Below are positions 62,325-64,000 of a stretch of 64,000 nucleotides of DNA, piece after piece. The notes under the pieces are model-generated. The model made no database searches and had not been told where the DNA came from. It worked only from the letters and a program-made list of their open reading frames with translations. The number at the start of each line of letters is the position of its first letter. Within the stretch, counting starts at the first letter, position 1. The stretch comes from Gammaproteobacteria bacterium (lineage in GTDB: Bacteria; Pseudomonadota; Gammaproteobacteria; JBCCGL01), in NCBI GenBank assembly GCA_965277715.1, contig OZ255836.1, forward strand, positions 32,001-96,000. Reading direction: 5' to 3'. The translations under genes and the position numbers were made by a program.

Positions 62325-63083
62325 CTATTCTGGTAGAGAGTAAAGTACATCACTGCGAATGATGTATTTCACGCCTGAGGTAATCGCTTCACCCGCGTGC
62401 AGGCAGTGCTGTGGATGAAAGCCATGCGGAAAGCACAAGGCTGCGCCTCTGGGGGTCGATACAGCGACCGTATCGGGCACTGATTTTGGTTGCCCGATTG
62501 TATTATCGGTAAAAAATAATGTGCGGCCACCACTGTATTCTTCTGACAGAAACAATAAAAATGTCATCTGGCTCTCACGGTCGCCGTAGGCATCATGCAC
62601 CAGTTGCCGGTTGACAATACGGCTGCCCGGCCAGGCGCCATCGGTATGGGGTTTAAAAAAATCGCCTTCACTGTAGCGGTAGAAGCGAAACCGCGCATTC
62701 AACCCCAGTGCCTGTTGGCCGTTAATGCGTTCATCAATCAGGCCACGACAACGCGCCCAAATAGGTTCATCGACAGAGGCGTCGACCACCCAGTTCAGGT
62801 TGTGGTTGTGGCGGATGCTGTGTGGCAGTGACACGGGGGAATCAGCGTGATACCCAAGTGATTCGGTGATACGTATAAATTGATCGCATTCATTGGTGGT
62901 CAGTACATTAAAAAGTTGAAATACACCGGGAACGGCATCGATATCCTGCCGGGTAACGGTGGAGCTGGTGGCGTTATCGAATGCGATAACCCCTGTGCCA
63001 GTATCTGCCCATGTTGGCAATGCCGGTGTTTCTCTTCCCGGTTCATAGGCCGCTGTGTAGAAGTTGTTTGTAGTGTCAGTCAT
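62325..63083 (-). CDS. 2OG-Fe(II) oxygenase (prolyl-4-hydroxylase-like)
   Basis: RFYRY..FKPHTDG, GGRT, H.G..I..G.KY..RSD. Confidence 0.88.
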   Translation of the reverse strand: MTDTTNNFYTAAYEPGRETPALPTWADTGTGVIAFDNATSSTVTRQDIDAVPGVFQLFNVLTTNECDQFIRITESLGYHADSPVSLPHSIRHNHNLNWVVDASVDEPIWARCRGLIDERINGQQALGLNARFRFYRYSEGDFFKPHTDGAWPGSRIVNRQLVHDAYGDRESQMTFLLFLSEEYSGGRTLFFTDNTIGQPKSVPDTVAVSTPRGAALCFPHGFHPQHCLHAGEAITSGVKYIIRSDVLYSLPE

Positions 63084-63332
63084 ATCCGTTTCATTAATTT
63101 AGGGCAAGCTGCTAGTACACCGTCTATCTTATATTGGCGGGTTCAGTTAGCCCACAAGTGTGGCAGATCAAGGCGTTTTTGCGCAATCACAAAGGTGGTT
63201 TTAAAAAGTATTTTAACGCCGGGAAGAGATGTTAAGGGTTGGAATGCTTATCGCAGGTGGTCAAAGTGTGTGAGGTCGTCTGTATTCACCTACTCACCTT
63301 TGGGGCGGCGCTTAGCTTTATCGGGATGGCGT

Positions 63333-64000
63333 TCAGGTGCCAGACAATGCGGCTACCGCTTGCGTGATAGCGGCATTTGTTTTCGACAGGTCATCATCGG
63401 TCAGGGCGAGTGATGGATAGAACTTCCCAGGTGATTTAAAAACACCGTTTCTGCGAAGCACGTCGTTGTAGATGGCGTGCTGATTTGGGTCGCGGTGTTT
63501 CGCGCTGCGGTAATCGACACAATCGGCATCGGTGAAGTACACATCGAATAGTGTCGGGTCACCGCAGATTTGGTGTGCGATGCCGGCCGCTGTCAGTTTG
63601 TCGGACTGCATGTTCTGTAGCGTTTGCCCCCGCATGCGCAATGTGTCATAGGTTCCTTCACGTCTCAGGATTTCCATGGTTTTCAGGCCAGCCGCTGCGG
63701 CGATGGGGTTGCCGGAGAGAGTGCCGAGTTGCATCAGCCATTTGCCACTGCCGACGATGCGTTTGTCGAAGTGTTGCATGATTTCTGCGCTCGCACCCAG
63801 AGCCGCGAGCGGAAAGCCACCACCGATAATCTTGCCAAGGGTGCAGATATCTGGCACCACACCATAACGCGCCTGCGCACCGCTGTAGGCCAGCCGGAAG
63901 CCGGTGACGATTTCATCGAAGATCAGGAGTGCGTCGTGCTGATCGCAGAGCGCTCGCAAACCTGCAAGAAAGCCGGGTGCGGCGGGGATGATGCGCTGTA
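63333..64000 (-). CDS. Class III aminotransferase (GSA-aminomutase-like); 5' part lies outside the window
   Basis: LIFDEIVTGFR, TLGKIIGGGFP, GTLSGNP. Confidence 0.88.
   Translation of the reverse strand, partial: QRIIPAAPGFLAGLRALCDQHDALLIFDEIVTGFRLAYSGAQARYGVVPDICTLGKIIGGGFPLAALGASAEIMQHFDKRIVGSGKWLMQLGTLSGNPIAAAAGLKTMEILRREGTYDTLRMRGQTLQNMQSDKLTAAGIAHQICGDPTLFDVYFTDADCVDYRSAKHRDPNQHAIYNDVLRRNGVFKSPGKFYPSLALTDDDLSKTNAAITQAVAALSGT

Overview
A 64-kb chromosomal segment of an IS-rich gammaproteobacterium, in four zones. (1) 1-18 kb is a pile of nested, mostly broken insertion sequences (ISKra4-like, IS4-like, three IS3-type elements, IS66, IS110, IS481, ISL3, IS1595, ISNCY-like). It also carries a truncated H-NS-like gene coupled to a methyltransferase, and a disrupted lnt paralogue. 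(2) 19.5-35.9 kb is a polymorphic-toxin locus. A 2644-aa signal-peptide-bearing SpvB/FG-GAP/YD-Rhs protein with two long coiled-coil insertions is followed by its immunity gene and two orphan toxin-tip/immunity cassettes. These are interleaved with RAYT-like Y1 transposase remnants, a tyrosine-recombinase remnant, repeated TGTAGCGTGCCAC modules and an inverted pair of dif-like (XerC/XerD) sites. (3) 36-45.4 kb is the housekeeping block tig-clpP-clpX-lon-hupB-tRNA-Val-tRNA-Asp-ppiD plus tRNA-Leu, followed by an ICE scar (3' tRNA-Lys fragment, ParA fused to a ParB-like fragment, a third IS4-like copy). (4) 49-64 kb holds catabolic and core genes, including trpE-(voltage-gated channel)-trpG with a WRW leader peptide. 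Best candidates for new biology: a possible Xer/tyrosine-recombinase system that moves Rhs toxin tips, an IS110 bridge RNA apparently programmed against the conserved W-D-N-A codons of IS3 transposases, and the stalked secreted Rhs architecture. All calls come from reading the sequence by eye; no searches were run.
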